The notes beneath the pieces are model-generated. The model saw nothing but the letters and a program-made list of their open reading frames with translations, was not told the origin of the DNA and did not search any database. Shown here one piece after another: positions 54,450 through 64,000 of a DNA stretch of 64,000 bases (positions within the stretch are counted from its first letter, which is position 1; every line of letters begins with the position of its first letter). Position numbers and translations under genes: made by a program. The DNA comes from a virus (taxonomy: Duplodnaviria; Caudoviricetes): positions 1-64,000 of the IMG/VR virus record IMGVR_UViG_3300037067_016568. The stretch is one strand, 5' to 3'.

Positions 54450-56075
54450 TCAAGTTCGTCTGATGATGTAACACAATTTTTCACCGCCATATTTCTTATA
54501 ATATCCCTTCGCCTCTGCAAATTCCCGCTCAGTCATGCTCAAGCTCTTGGCTTTACCATATAAAGTCCGTTTGTGCATAACATAGCCTTGTTTATCGACA
54601 TACCAATAGTCTGCAGGAACGATGTGATGTAACTGAAAGTTGGCGGCTTTGTAAATCGTACCTTGATGCCCAACTGTTGTATCTGCGTAAGCTATAACTA
54701 GTTTACAATCAATTTGTTTAAGGGCTCTTTTAATAAACCAACTGGCGAGATTCTTTTTATGATAGGACGGATGAATACACAATCTAGATAGTTCGCGAAT
54801 TTCTCCATCACACAAACCAAACTGTGATGCTGTGTTCTGTCGTAGGGGTGGACTAAAGACAACGCAAGCTATTAATTGATTATCGAGATAAACACCAAAC
54901 GCTTTACCACCTCGATTTTTCCCAAGGTAATGATAAAGATCTAAAAATTCTCTCACCTCAGCGAAGCTTATTTCTTTGATGTATAATTTACTAAATTCAA
55001 ATTGTTTGGTTTCGATATTCAACCCTAGTTTCAACTTCAATCTATCTAATACTCGATCCTTACAATAGAATTCATGTTCCCAGATATACATTATTTCATA
55101 TTCTGGGAAGTATCGATTAATATATGTGAATTTAGACTGGTCATTTCGTTCAGCTTTGGAGAGCGAATGCCAATAATCTCCTTGACATTCAATCAACAAT
55201 TTCTTATTACCATTGATATGTGGAACAACACAATCAAAAACGTAATATCCAATTCTCGTTTCTTCTCCTTCCTTGAAATATTCTATATGCAGATCATCCA
55301 GGAATGCATATAACATTTTTTGAATAGATGAGATCTGGCACTTTTGAGAAGCACGAGCTGCAGCTATTTTCTCACGATATTTCGAATTTAGCCAATTAGC
55401 TTTGGATGCTATCGCCAATTTTTCATTGTAATGTAATGTGGTATAAGTTTTGTTTTTATATTCTGGTGATGTTTGAATTATAGCTATTTGTTCTTCATTA
55501 ATCTTTGGTGCCTTGATTTTGGCTATTTTCTTCGTACCTCTCAATTTATTTGATTTTTTTGCTGGTGTTTGTTGTCTTACTGATATTTGTTGCTTGCGCC
55601 GTTCAGAGATCAATCTTGATTGGATAGCCCTGAACTCCTTGTTATTCCATTTTGCGACAGATGCAGCCAAAGCCTTAGTGATATGCTTTTTACTGGCTTC
55701 TGCTTGAAATATAGCAGATCTATCTTTATCAAAAATTATACCATTCTCTCTACCCGCTTTAGAAACCAAATGAAAAGATATTCCAAGATCTGATGCAATT
55801 TGAACTCTTGAAATCTTATTAGCATTCGCTTTAATATATGCCACTTGTTCTGGCGTAGCTGGCTTCGACTTATAATTTCTTATAGTGTCTCGATGTTCTT
55901 TGGTTGGAGAATATTTGATCGGCGCAATCCCTAATTTTCTAGCACGCACACCAATAGCTCTAGCGCAGATGCTTGGTAAGCATTTCTCACTAAATTCCTT
56001 TATAGTAAGAAATGGCAGATAGGTAATTATTAAATGGTCATATTTTGACCAGTCTACAGGTTTTCCAGATGGCAT
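54450..56075 (-). CDS. fusion: basic DNA-binding repeats + Vsr/DUF559-like endonuclease + Mom-like acetyltransferase
   Basis: IECQGDYWH...D..K...IWEHE; then HYL, ELSRLC, AYADTTVGHQGTIYKAANF. Confidence 0.75.
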   Translation of the reverse strand: MPSGKPVDWSKYDHLIITYLPFLTIKEFSEKCLPSICARAIGVRARKLGIAPIKYSPTKEHRDTIRNYKSKPATPEQVAYIKANANKISRVQIASDLGISFHLVSKAGRENGIIFDKDRSAIFQAEASKKHITKALAASVAKWNNKEFRAIQSRLISERRKQQISVRQQTPAKKSNKLRGTKKIAKIKAPKINEEQIAIIQTSPEYKNKTYTTLHYNEKLAIASKANWLNSKYREKIAAARASQKCQISSIQKMLYAFLDDLHIEYFKEGEETRIGYYVFDCVVPHINGNKKLLIECQGDYWHSLSKAERNDQSKFTYINRYFPEYEIMYIWEHEFYCKDRVLDRLKLKLGLNIETKQFEFSKLYIKEISFAEVREFLDLYHYLGKNRGGKAFGVYLDNQLIACVVFSPPLRQNTASQFGLCDGEIRELSRLCIHPSYHKKNLASWFIKRALKQIDCKLVIAYADTTVGHQGTIYKAANFQLHHIVPADYWYVDKQGYVMHKRTLYGKAKSLSMTEREFAEAKGYYKKYGGEKLCYIIRRT

Positions 56076-56100
56076 AAAGGCTCCTTGCCTTTATATACCA

Positions 56101-57147
56101 TTAATTCAAAATTATAGACCATCGTACGACTATTGTGAAATCAGCACTCTTCTTGAATGGCGTCTTCAAAATGCGATGGGAGAACAACCGCAGTGAGTCC
56201 TTAAATATCCCAATCGGGCCGACGATGCTATCGCCGTTTGCATCAACTGGCGTGCGATCTAAACCTATATCACTACCGCCAACTAACTTGGACGTCACTA
56301 AGTAATGATCATTGATTTGAGGCAAATCGCCGTTAGCCGTATCACCTGCACCAACGATCTTGATTTGATCACCAACGCTGACGACATCGACGTAGGCGAT
56401 GTCTGCCGGGTCAATTGAGATCGTTGCCGTACCGGTGGCGTTTGCGGATATTGCAGTGCCATCAGACTTCCCTTCTAAGAAGATGGTTTTCGGATCGCAC
56501 TCACATTGCCCGACATCGCCGAGCTCTTTGCCCCCCGCAAGTGCGACTTCAGTAATGGTAAAGTAGTCAGTATCGGTCATACCAAAACCATTGTATTCGT
56601 CTTTTGTTAAAGTTGTCTCGAATACAACGATATTGTTCATAGCACGCACATCATCCTGCATTAGCGGCGTGCCTGCTGGTTGATAAGTTGGATTAAAAAA
56701 GATGGATTCTACTCTCTTTAGGGGCCTTCCAGGTTCTGAAATAGGTATTGCATTGATTAAACCCCCTTCATATTCAGCACCGACGCCTAACGTGATAGGA
56801 ATTGTCAATCCTGTTATTGGATCAGTGGTGTAATAGCGAGGGTCAGTGGTATCTAATGCAGCACCAGTAGCAGGATCAAAGGAAGCACCAAAAAGAACAT
56901 ATTTTGGGAAATAGTCTGCAACATTAAGCCCGCTAGATACCCAGTCCCCAGCGCCACTACTAGCGTTGGGGTCCCAAATTTTGCTATATGGCAAGCAATG
57001 TGCCAATATTTCCTTAGCACCAATTTTGATGATGTTATGTTGCCTGGTGTGCTCTAGAACACGACCATGAACGTCTTTAATAATGACTTCGATTATGCCA
57101 TCGCACGGATGTCGAAGGTTCTCATGTAGGTTAAGGGTGCGGTCCAT
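56101..57147 (-). CDS. putative baseplate/structural protein
   Basis: HNII..GAKEIL...ITEVAL...LFSHR......K.ADFTIVVRW.I pattern. Confidence 0.55.
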   Translation of the reverse strand: MDRTLNLHENLRHPCDGIIEVIIKDVHGRVLEHTRQHNIIKIGAKEILAHCLPYSKIWDPNASSGAGDWVSSGLNVADYFPKYVLFGASFDPATGAALDTTDPRYYTTDPITGLTIPITLGVGAEYEGGLINAIPISEPGRPLKRVESIFFNPTYQPAGTPLMQDDVRAMNNIVVFETTLTKDEYNGFGMTDTDYFTITEVALAGGKELGDVGQCECDPKTIFLEGKSDGTAISANATGTATISIDPADIAYVDVVSVGDQIKIVGAGDTANGDLPQINDHYLVTSKLVGGSDIGLDRTPVDANGDSIVGPIGIFKDSLRLFSHRILKTPFKKSADFTIVVRWSIILN

Positions 57148-57155
57148 TTATCCCC

Positions 57156-57785
57156 TCATTGGTTGAAGTCTTTGAATGTCCAATTCGACATTGCCTGGCA
57201 AATTCGTTTCAATATTTCCAAACTAAGTAGCTCTTCGAAAATCCAAATAATTGGTTTTCTAACAATCACCCACAATAAATTCCAGGGCCAAACAACTCCC
57301 CATGTCGTAAGTCGGGCTTTATTATCATGATATTGTGGAGGCACCAGTTTACCATCGCTATTCAGCCTCATACCATTACCATGTCCGACAGTAGCAACAA
57401 TAGTCTGCCAATCTTTGAATCCATTAAAATCAGGAGTAATGGCGGTACTTACAGCCGCACTATGCGACTTCAAAAAATCCTCTTTTGCCCGCGATAATCG
57501 TTTTCGCAATCCGCGCAAATACATCGGCCAACGCAAAAACATGGAATAAACACAACCAACAACAAAATACCCAACAATATAGAGAACAGTCAGCCACGGA
57601 TGTTCCAGAACTGACTGCCCCGCATTTGTAAAAAGCATTAAAAATGCAATCGATACAGCCAACACAACACTCGATGCAGTCGGGTTGGGATCATCAATGG
57701 CTGATAAAGCAATGAAGATAATACTAGCTATAGCTAATAAGGACAAGAAAACAAATCCATCGACTGCTAATAGTACGTAAATCAT
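57156..57785 (-). CDS. membrane protein
   Basis: 3-4 hydrophobic helices, WP motifs. Confidence 0.6.
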   Translation of the reverse strand: MIYVLLAVDGFVFLSLLAIASIIFIALSAIDDPNPTASSVVLAVSIAFLMLFTNAGQSVLEHPWLTVLYIVGYFVVGCVYSMFLRWPMYLRGLRKRLSRAKEDFLKSHSAAVSTAITPDFNGFKDWQTIVATVGHGNGMRLNSDGKLVPPQYHDNKARLTTWGVVWPWNLLWVIVRKPIIWIFEELLSLEILKRICQAMSNWTFKDFNQ

Positions 57786-57794
57786 AGTTCTATC

Positions 57795-58436
57795 CTAAAT
57801 TACAACATCTGGGATTGAGAAATTCGCTGGTAATATATTCTCTATGACGACAGTGAACCTATCTCCTTCGACAAGTTCTATACCGTTGACTAGCTTTATC
57901 GTCGCAGCAGTATAATACTCGCAGTTACGTGGGTCTGTCAGTAGGCCGTTAATATACACAAACGGCCTTGTCTTTATAAGGTCTATTTCCCCCTGGAGCG
58001 TAACTGGTACGGAAATCTCGGTTGCGGTTGCTGATACGACATGCCCACCAAATGTTATGTGAGGAGCAGCACCAGACAATTTATTGTTTGTAGAAGTATA
58101 CCATGCACTGAGAGTTATTGGTATAGTTGCTACTGTCTCTAATTCTATTGAACTAGCTAAACTCATCCACGAGCCAGTGACCTCTTCTAGGCTGCTACGC
58201 CAAACCTTTAAGGTCAAAGTGTTCAAATCGAACCATATAGTTCCATCGCGATATTGTGTCGGCTCTTCATATGATGATTGATTGGCTAATAAACTCATAT
58301 ACCAAATCAACATCCAATCCCATCGCGGCTGTGCATCTGGATAAGGGAATTTCTCATGATCCTGACCAGATAAACCAACATCATCAGCAAAATCGATGAG
58401 TGGAGCTGGAAATCTAAGCCTATTGTCTGGTAGCAT
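57795..58436 (-). CDS. putative structural protein
   Basis: 213 aa; GTIWFD, VYING motifs. Confidence 0.5.
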   Translation of the reverse strand: MLPDNRLRFPAPLIDFADDVGLSGQDHEKFPYPDAQPRWDWMLIWYMSLLANQSSYEEPTQYRDGTIWFDLNTLTLKVWRSSLEEVTGSWMSLASSIELETVATIPITLSAWYTSTNNKLSGAAPHITFGGHVVSATATEISVPVTLQGEIDLIKTRPFVYINGLLTDPRNCEYYTAATIKLVNGIELVEGDRFTVVIENILPANFSIPDVVI

Positions 58437-58447
58437 CCTTATCTCCG

Positions 58448-59341
58448 CTATTTTGCGTCAGCAATCTGCTGGTTAGGGATGAATTTGCTAGTAATTTGGT
58501 CGACCAAGCCGCTGATCTCTTTTTGATGGTCGCCCAACTCTTTTGCTCTCTGCTTGGCAGCTTCGCGCTCCAATTCTTTAGCGTTGGGGGATTTCCCTAA
58601 AGCAACAGACCATAGAGACTCCATTGTCTGTTCAAATACTTTCTTATCAGAAAGTGTCATGGGCTCTACTCGCCATTTCTCGTCGCCGCTCTTTCCCTTA
58701 AAGACCACTACATGAGAGCCCGGTCCAGCGACATGCCATGTCACCCCAGCTTTCTTGAGAGCATCCTTTAGAGTTATACCAGATCGCGTTTTGGCGGAGA
58801 GGGCCTTCTCAAGCATTTCGACACCAATTTTCGGCTGCGCGGCTCCATCGGGAACTGCGATGCCGTCTAGTGCCTCATCAATACTTCTTTCCAGCATGGC
58901 CTGCCTGTCTTCGAAAAATCTGTCTTTCGCCCGTGGTGGTTCATCTTCATCAGGCTCCCACGCCTTCTTTCGATTTTCTTTTTTAGTCTCTTCATCGTCT
59001 TCCTCTTTACCGTCATTCTTCTTGCTGATAGGCTTATCAAGAGCCTCATTGAGATTATGATAGAACTCACCAAATTTATTGTTGGCCATACTGATAATGG
59101 AAGCTATATCGGCTTTGGGGTCAGATGAGATAACAACTATAGTTCCACTGGGAATCGCCTTTGTCTCCGCGACAACACCACCTACTGAGGCTATGTTTTT
59201 TAATCCTCGTGTTATGCCAGCCAACGGTTCATTAGCCAGTAATACCTTCAAGTTGTCTTCATTGACTAGTAATTCTAACTCAATATTAGAAGCAAAACAT
59301 GCTTCGTTGAGATATCTATGAGCAACATAAAGCTTATTCAC
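58448..59341 (-). CDS. hypothetical protein
   Basis: 297-aa ORF. Confidence 0.55.
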   Translation of the reverse strand: MNKLYVAHRYLNEACFASNIELELLVNEDNLKVLLANEPLAGITRGLKNIASVGGVVAETKAIPSGTIVVISSDPKADIASIISMANNKFGEFYHNLNEALDKPISKKNDGKEEDDEETKKENRKKAWEPDEDEPPRAKDRFFEDRQAMLERSIDEALDGIAVPDGAAQPKIGVEMLEKALSAKTRSGITLKDALKKAGVTWHVAGPGSHVVVFKGKSGDEKWRVEPMTLSDKKVFEQTMESLWSVALGKSPNAKELEREAAKQRAKELGDHQKEISGLVDQITSKFIPNQQIADAK

Positions 59342-59505
59342 AGCCGACTCCTTGACAGCATTAAAGGCACGATACTTAACCTCTTGAGTATCTTTGACAA
59401 TCTAAATACCAAAAATCTAAATCCGTGAACATCATTTCATCATTTCTGTAAAAGGCTGTATCGTAGATAATCAAAGATAGGATATTTAACACGCGGAGAG
59501 AACCT

Positions 59506-61230
59506 ATGCCGACCATCAACCCAAGTTTAGTTCCCACAGTCGCACCTGGGAATCTATTCCAAGCACTGACTGTCGATACAACGCTAAATGTCCGTTGGAT
59601 TACTCCAACAGATCCAGTCTATTATGAGGCAATGAATCGCCCAATGGCGGACATTACTCTCCGGCAACTTATCTTGGCCAAGACACTCGATTCTCTGAGC
59701 ATCAGCATCGGCCACGAAGCAATATTCCCATTCCTAATTCAAGCATATGCCATTGATGCGACCAGTAGTGCACAGCTGCCAAATGGATGGATATGGGACC
59801 TGCACATGTCCACCCCATCAAAATGGCAGGATGTTAGGTTGGCGAAAATCAAGAGGGAAAGTGGAACAAATCCAGGCTCCACTGGCACTTATACTGGCAC
59901 TCTGCGCCTTATCTTTACTGCGACTCAAATTGATTCTACAACAGAAACTGCAATATTCTATGCAGATTATGTGATGGATAGCTCTTTGACATACCAAAGA
60001 GCACGGCTGACCGTATGCACACCTGCTGAAGAACCAGTCGTGATAGATCCAAGCGAAAGCGAGACGATCAAAGGATTCATCACGTTCAGAACATTGCCCC
60101 AAGACGACGCTATAGTCCAGGCATTCTACAACCTGGTCGCACCATCTAGCGTCCTGCCGACAGTATATCAAATCCAAAACTCATCGCCAACAGACTTAAA
60201 CACATATTCAAGTTCTGCTGTTAGTCATGGAACGGGTATGCTGGTCGATAGCTGCAACAACGCCATCCCCAACATTGAGAGCGATGCGTCGTCTTGGTTA
60301 AATGCCTTCAATTATCCTTTTGGTGCAGATGCATCTCGCACATCCAGTGGCACATTTGTCGTCACTATTCCGTCTGGTATGTTTAGAGAATTCAATATTG
60401 TGGCACCTGCTGGAGATGAGCCAACGGGAGATACGAGCGGCACTTACTTTCCGGTGTGGATTAGTAGAATCCAGCCAGTAGGAACAACAAACAACCAGTT
60501 ACGATTCTTCTTTGCGACACACAACGTCACCAGATTAAGTCCATCTCCCGATCCTGTTGAATTCGCAAGGCTTGATCTCCAACGCACGATGGTAGCCGGA
60601 GATATCGTCGCCATTGAGCCGATCAGCGATTTGCTACTGCATGTTGGAACAGATGACGAACTATATTATCAAGATTTTGGGCGAGGACATGTAGTCTTAA
60701 GTTCCGAATGGGGGCCAACTACTACAATTATCGATGATTTCTTTGATGCTTTCAACATCTTGATAGAAGGGCAGAGTGCTGCATTCTTGCAGAGCACCAC
60801 AAGACTCAGTTCATTTGGCATCAGTCGCGTCCCGCGTTTTACTCCAACTGATGGCCAGTGTAGAGCGATGGCCGGAACGACTTCAACTCTTGCATCACCG
60901 ATACCGCCATCTGAAACAAACCGTTTCGTCTCTGAACAAGACCAGGGGCTCGGTGATACCATCGATCTTGAAGCACAAACAGGCATCGTGCCAGTAGATG
61001 GAATCAGCAGATACGGCAATACTGGCGGGCTTGTTCGACGAACAGTTAATCTTTGTATAGACTACACTAAACTACCAGAGGATACCGACACAGCGGCAAA
61101 TGCATTCTATGAAGAGAACGTTCTGCCACGTCTGACAATCTTGTTAGGCCGAAGCCCAATCTGGGGTGATGAATGGTACAACGGCACTACATTTCTTCGG
61201 TTTAACGGCGACACGTGGCAATCTATTTAG
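59506..61230 (+). CDS. putative structural protein
   Basis: 574 aa, acidic and S/T-rich, GGAGA RBS. Confidence 0.55.
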   Translation: MPTINPSLVPTVAPGNLFQALTVDTTLNVRWITPTDPVYYEAMNRPMADITLRQLILAKTLDSLSISIGHEAIFPFLIQAYAIDATSSAQLPNGWIWDLHMSTPSKWQDVRLAKIKRESGTNPGSTGTYTGTLRLIFTATQIDSTTETAIFYADYVMDSSLTYQRARLTVCTPAEEPVVIDPSESETIKGFITFRTLPQDDAIVQAFYNLVAPSSVLPTVYQIQNSSPTDLNTYSSSAVSHGTGMLVDSCNNAIPNIESDASSWLNAFNYPFGADASRTSSGTFVVTIPSGMFREFNIVAPAGDEPTGDTSGTYFPVWISRIQPVGTTNNQLRFFFATHNVTRLSPSPDPVEFARLDLQRTMVAGDIVAIEPISDLLLHVGTDDELYYQDFGRGHVVLSSEWGPTTTIIDDFFDAFNILIEGQSAAFLQSTTRLSSFGISRVPRFTPTDGQCRAMAGTTSTLASPIPPSETNRFVSEQDQGLGDTIDLEAQTGIVPVDGISRYGNTGGLVRRTVNLCIDYTKLPEDTDTAANAFYEENVLPRLTILLGRSPIWGDEWYNGTTFLRFNGDTWQSI

Positions 61231-61281
61231 TAAGTAACAGTGTACGATAACTCAAATTTATCGTAAAGTCACACTGTTGCC

Positions 61282-61812
61282 ATGATTGATTTAACTGGTT
61301 TGTTTTTGGTCGAGCATCTATATAATGGCCGAATGCTACATTCGTGTCATCTTCATAATAATACCACCGATGAAGGGAAAAATAGATTCCTGAATATCGG
61401 TTTTCATAGGACGCCACAAATAGCAAATTGGTGGATTGGACTTATTGCATATAGTGGTTTTTCTTCGCTATCTGACACGGATACATATCCAGGTATAAAC
61501 GGAAGCAATGCTTGGGATGAATTCACTGATTATACTGATACAAATAATGGTGGAAGTTCCATTACAAGGCCATTGTGGATAACAAATGCTGCGTCAGGAC
61601 AATCAATCACAAATACGACGAAAGCAATATTTCATGCAACCGTAGACAACACAATCAAAGGCTTATTTGTAGTTGGTGGATCACCAAATGCACAAAACAA
61701 AGGAGACAATCTGCCTAGTAACAGCGTCTTATGGGCTACTGCTTTATTCAATACAGACTATCCAGTGTTTAATGGAAGCGTTCTTAGAGTATCATATGCA
61801 GTCAACACATAA
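61282..61812 (+). CDS. putative structural protein
   Basis: 176 aa; N..T.EG....L, L.V.Y C-terminus. Confidence 0.5.
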   Translation: MIDLTGLFLVEHLYNGRMLHSCHLHNNTTDEGKNRFLNIGFHRTPQIANWWIGLIAYSGFSSLSDTDTYPGINGSNAWDEFTDYTDTNNGGSSITRPLWITNAASGQSITNTTKAIFHATVDNTIKGLFVVGGSPNAQNKGDNLPSNSVLWATALFNTDYPVFNGSVLRVSYAVNT

Positions 61813-61821
61813 GGAATAATT

Positions 61822-62832
61822 ATGGCTTTACTTTGGATAGATGGATTTGAAGGATATGGCATAAGTGGAACACCATCTGGATTAAGTTCTAGATGGCCGG
61901 GTGCTGGTACAAGCAATCTATCAATTCAACCAGGGCGTGAGAAGGGATATTGTATTAAAGAAACTGCGTCGGTTTATAATATCACAACACCCGCTATCAC
62001 AACAAATCCGACAATTGTTGTTGGATGTGCATTACGATTTGATAGCTTAAACTATGTAAGCTCTATAAAACTATATGAGGGTAGTCTTGGAATCAATATT
62101 ACAATAGATCCATCTGCTTCGACTATTACTACCAAATTAAGCACGACTACAATCGATACATCACCCACACCGAACGAACTCGTCTCAGGTCAATGGTATT
62201 ATGTAGAACTCAAAGTATTTTGTGATTCGACAAATGGAACTGTAGAGGTAAGGATAGACGAAGAAACAGTAGTATCGTTATCAAATACGAACACACAAAT
62301 AGGTTCAAATCCGTACAATGATGTAGTTAGATTCACTATTCAATATGCATCATTGGATGATGTTTATATCTGCGATGGTTCAGGTTCGAGAATAAATGAT
62401 TTTCTGGGAGCGTGTAGAGTGCTTCCTATTTTCCCATCTGATGACACAACAACACTTGATTGGACACCGTATCCGTCCGGATCACACTATATTCGCATAG
62501 ACGAGAATCCACGATCCACCACAGATTACGTTTATAGTAGTACTTCTACCCAAACTGATTTATACAAATATCCACAAATGTTTACAGATGGTGATGGTTA
62601 TACCATATACGGAATACAGGTTGCCACAGTGGCGCAGCTAAATTCTGGAGCGGCTACAGATCTTCAGTCACCGATTGTTTATAATGGTATAACTGATTTA
62701 GGAAATAGCACTACACTTACATCTACCACATACATAGAAACCTTGCATGTAAGTGAAATAGATCCAGACGCAGGATTGCCGTGGACGATTGACAAACTTG
62801 CTGCAGCACAAATTGGAGTGAGGATAGCATAA
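61822..62832 (+). CDS. ConA/lectin-like virion protein, tandem paralog 1
   Basis: MALLWIDGF start; WYYVE.KV, G.VEVRID, DD.YICDG.G. Confidence 0.6.
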   Translation: MALLWIDGFEGYGISGTPSGLSSRWPGAGTSNLSIQPGREKGYCIKETASVYNITTPAITTNPTIVVGCALRFDSLNYVSSIKLYEGSLGINITIDPSASTITTKLSTTTIDTSPTPNELVSGQWYYVELKVFCDSTNGTVEVRIDEETVVSLSNTNTQIGSNPYNDVVRFTIQYASLDDVYICDGSGSRINDFLGACRVLPIFPSDDTTTLDWTPYPSGSHYIRIDENPRSTTDYVYSSTSTQTDLYKYPQMFTDGDGYTIYGIQVATVAQLNSGAATDLQSPIVYNGITDLGNSTTLTSTTYIETLHVSEIDPDAGLPWTIDKLAAAQIGVRIA

Positions 62833-63839
62833 TGGCTTTACTTTGGATAGACGGATTTGACGGCTATGGAATCGGCACCGGCATCATTGGTCCTGGATAT
62901 AGATATGCTTCTGCTTCCACGTCCAATGATTCTATCGAAGCAGGCTATATGACAGCATATAGCCTTAGACAGTCATCTAGCAGTTTCGCATTCAGAACGC
63001 CCAATTTGACGCAAGATCCAACATTAATAGCCGGTTGTGCGTTTTATGTGACAACCTCAGCTTCGTCTAGATGGATTAACTTTTACGACAATGGCACACT
63101 TGGCATAGGAGTAGAATTTTATACTGTAGACCCTCCGCTTGTAAGAGTACGATTGGGCAGTACTATAATCAATGACACTAACCTTGACTTCACTATTGTG
63201 GCCAATACGTGGTACTATTATGAGGTAAAAGTATTCTGTCATCCCACCAGTGGTTCAGTTGAAGTACGAATAGATGGCAACACAGTTGTATCTCTAACTG
63301 GCATCAATACCAAAGCCGGAACAGATAGCTTTCATAATAATGTGCTGATCTCGCTGCAATATTGTAATATAGATAATTATTACATCTGTGACGGCTCTGG
63401 CGATACTTTAAACAATTTTCTAGGGCCATGCAGAGTAATCGGCCTTTTCCCAAATGAAGATTCAACTCCATTGGATTGGGCACCATCAACTGGAACATCT
63501 CACTACACACTCATAGATGAGCAGTATATAACCTCTTCAGATTATCTATTATCTAGCACGCAAGGAGCAGTGGATTACTATAAATATCCACAAATAGTCG
63601 GCGATGCTACGGTTTTAGGATTTCAAATATCCACTACATGTTGTAATTCATCTGGAACTTCGGTGGTTTTGCAGGCTCCAGTTGAATACAATGGACAAAC
63701 TGAACTGGGGCCACGTACACAAGTCATAGGAACAGCCTATACAGACATAAGGCACATATGTGTAACTGATCCTGACACTGGAGAGCCATGGACGATTGAC
63801 AAACTAGCAAACATGAAAGTCGGTATTAGGATAATATAA
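62832..63839 (+). CDS. ConA/lectin-like virion protein, tandem paralog 2
   Basis: colinear paralog of 61822..62832. Confidence 0.6.
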   Translation: MALLWIDGFDGYGIGTGIIGPGYRYASASTSNDSIEAGYMTAYSLRQSSSSFAFRTPNLTQDPTLIAGCAFYVTTSASSRWINFYDNGTLGIGVEFYTVDPPLVRVRLGSTIINDTNLDFTIVANTWYYYEVKVFCHPTSGSVEVRIDGNTVVSLTGINTKAGTDSFHNNVLISLQYCNIDNYYICDGSGDTLNNFLGPCRVIGLFPNEDSTPLDWAPSTGTSHYTLIDEQYITSSDYLLSSTQGAVDYYKYPQIVGDATVLGFQISTTCCNSSGTSVVLQAPVEYNGQTELGPRTQVIGTAYTDIRHICVTDPDTGEPWTIDKLANMKVGIRII

Positions 63840-64000
63840 TGGCGTTGCTTTTTATAGATGGATTCGAATGCTATGGTACGTCTTCTAATATATCGTCAGA
63901 TATAATTCTAAGATATCCCGGTACTTCGACTATCAATATGTATGTTGCTGAAGGCCGAACAGGAGGATATTGTGCAAGACAAAGTGTTGGAAAGACTTTG
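63839..64000 (+). CDS. tandem paralog 3 (runs off the window)
   Basis: MALLFIDGFECYG start overlapping previous stop. Confidence 0.55.
   Translation, partial: MALLFIDGFECYGTSSNISSDIILRYPGTSTINMYVAEGRTGGYCARQSVGKTL

Noticed and set aside
1-64000. tRNA/rRNA genes, alternative genetic code, reverse transcriptase/DGR
   Set aside because: None recognised by eye; long ORFs are intact in the standard code

Overview
The window looks like part of a large (jumbo-type) phage genome. It has dense, mostly hypothetical ORFs, two giant collagen-like fibre genes (2184 and 2347 aa), baseplate/tail-like structural genes, DNA-modification enzymes (N4/N6 methyltransferase, Mom-like acetyltransferase), a macrodomain, a nucleotidyltransferase, a ligase-like gene and host-like genes (truncated kdsB, rimI-like). 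A Cys-rich secreted protein weakly hints at a Planctomycetota host. The highlight is a ~6.3 kb CRISPR locus (31.6-37.9 kb) with no cas1/cas2/cas4 in this window. It has four small arrays sharing a 36-bp repeat (minus strand AATGGAGAATAGCGTTCGTTCCCAGGTAACTACAGG) and two tandem paralogous Cas12f-like proteins. Both proteins lack the RuvC catalytic residues and the C-terminal Zn-finger/RuvC-III, so they are probably naturally nuclease-dead. Two copies of an ~85-nt structured RNA carry two separate segments (CCUGU and AGUUACCU) that together are the reverse complement of the last 13 nt of the repeat, which is Cas12f-type tracrRNA geometry. The same 13-nt handle recurs, behind a conserved 14-nt prefix, at five gene boundaries far from the arrays, plus one solo degenerate repeat. 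The recurrent handle substitutions keep tracr pairing through G-U wobble. I interpret this as a candidate phage RNA-guided DNA-binding (non-cutting) system, possibly a heterodimeric dCas12f, with dispersed solo guides. All homology calls are by eye from remembered family motifs; no searches were run.
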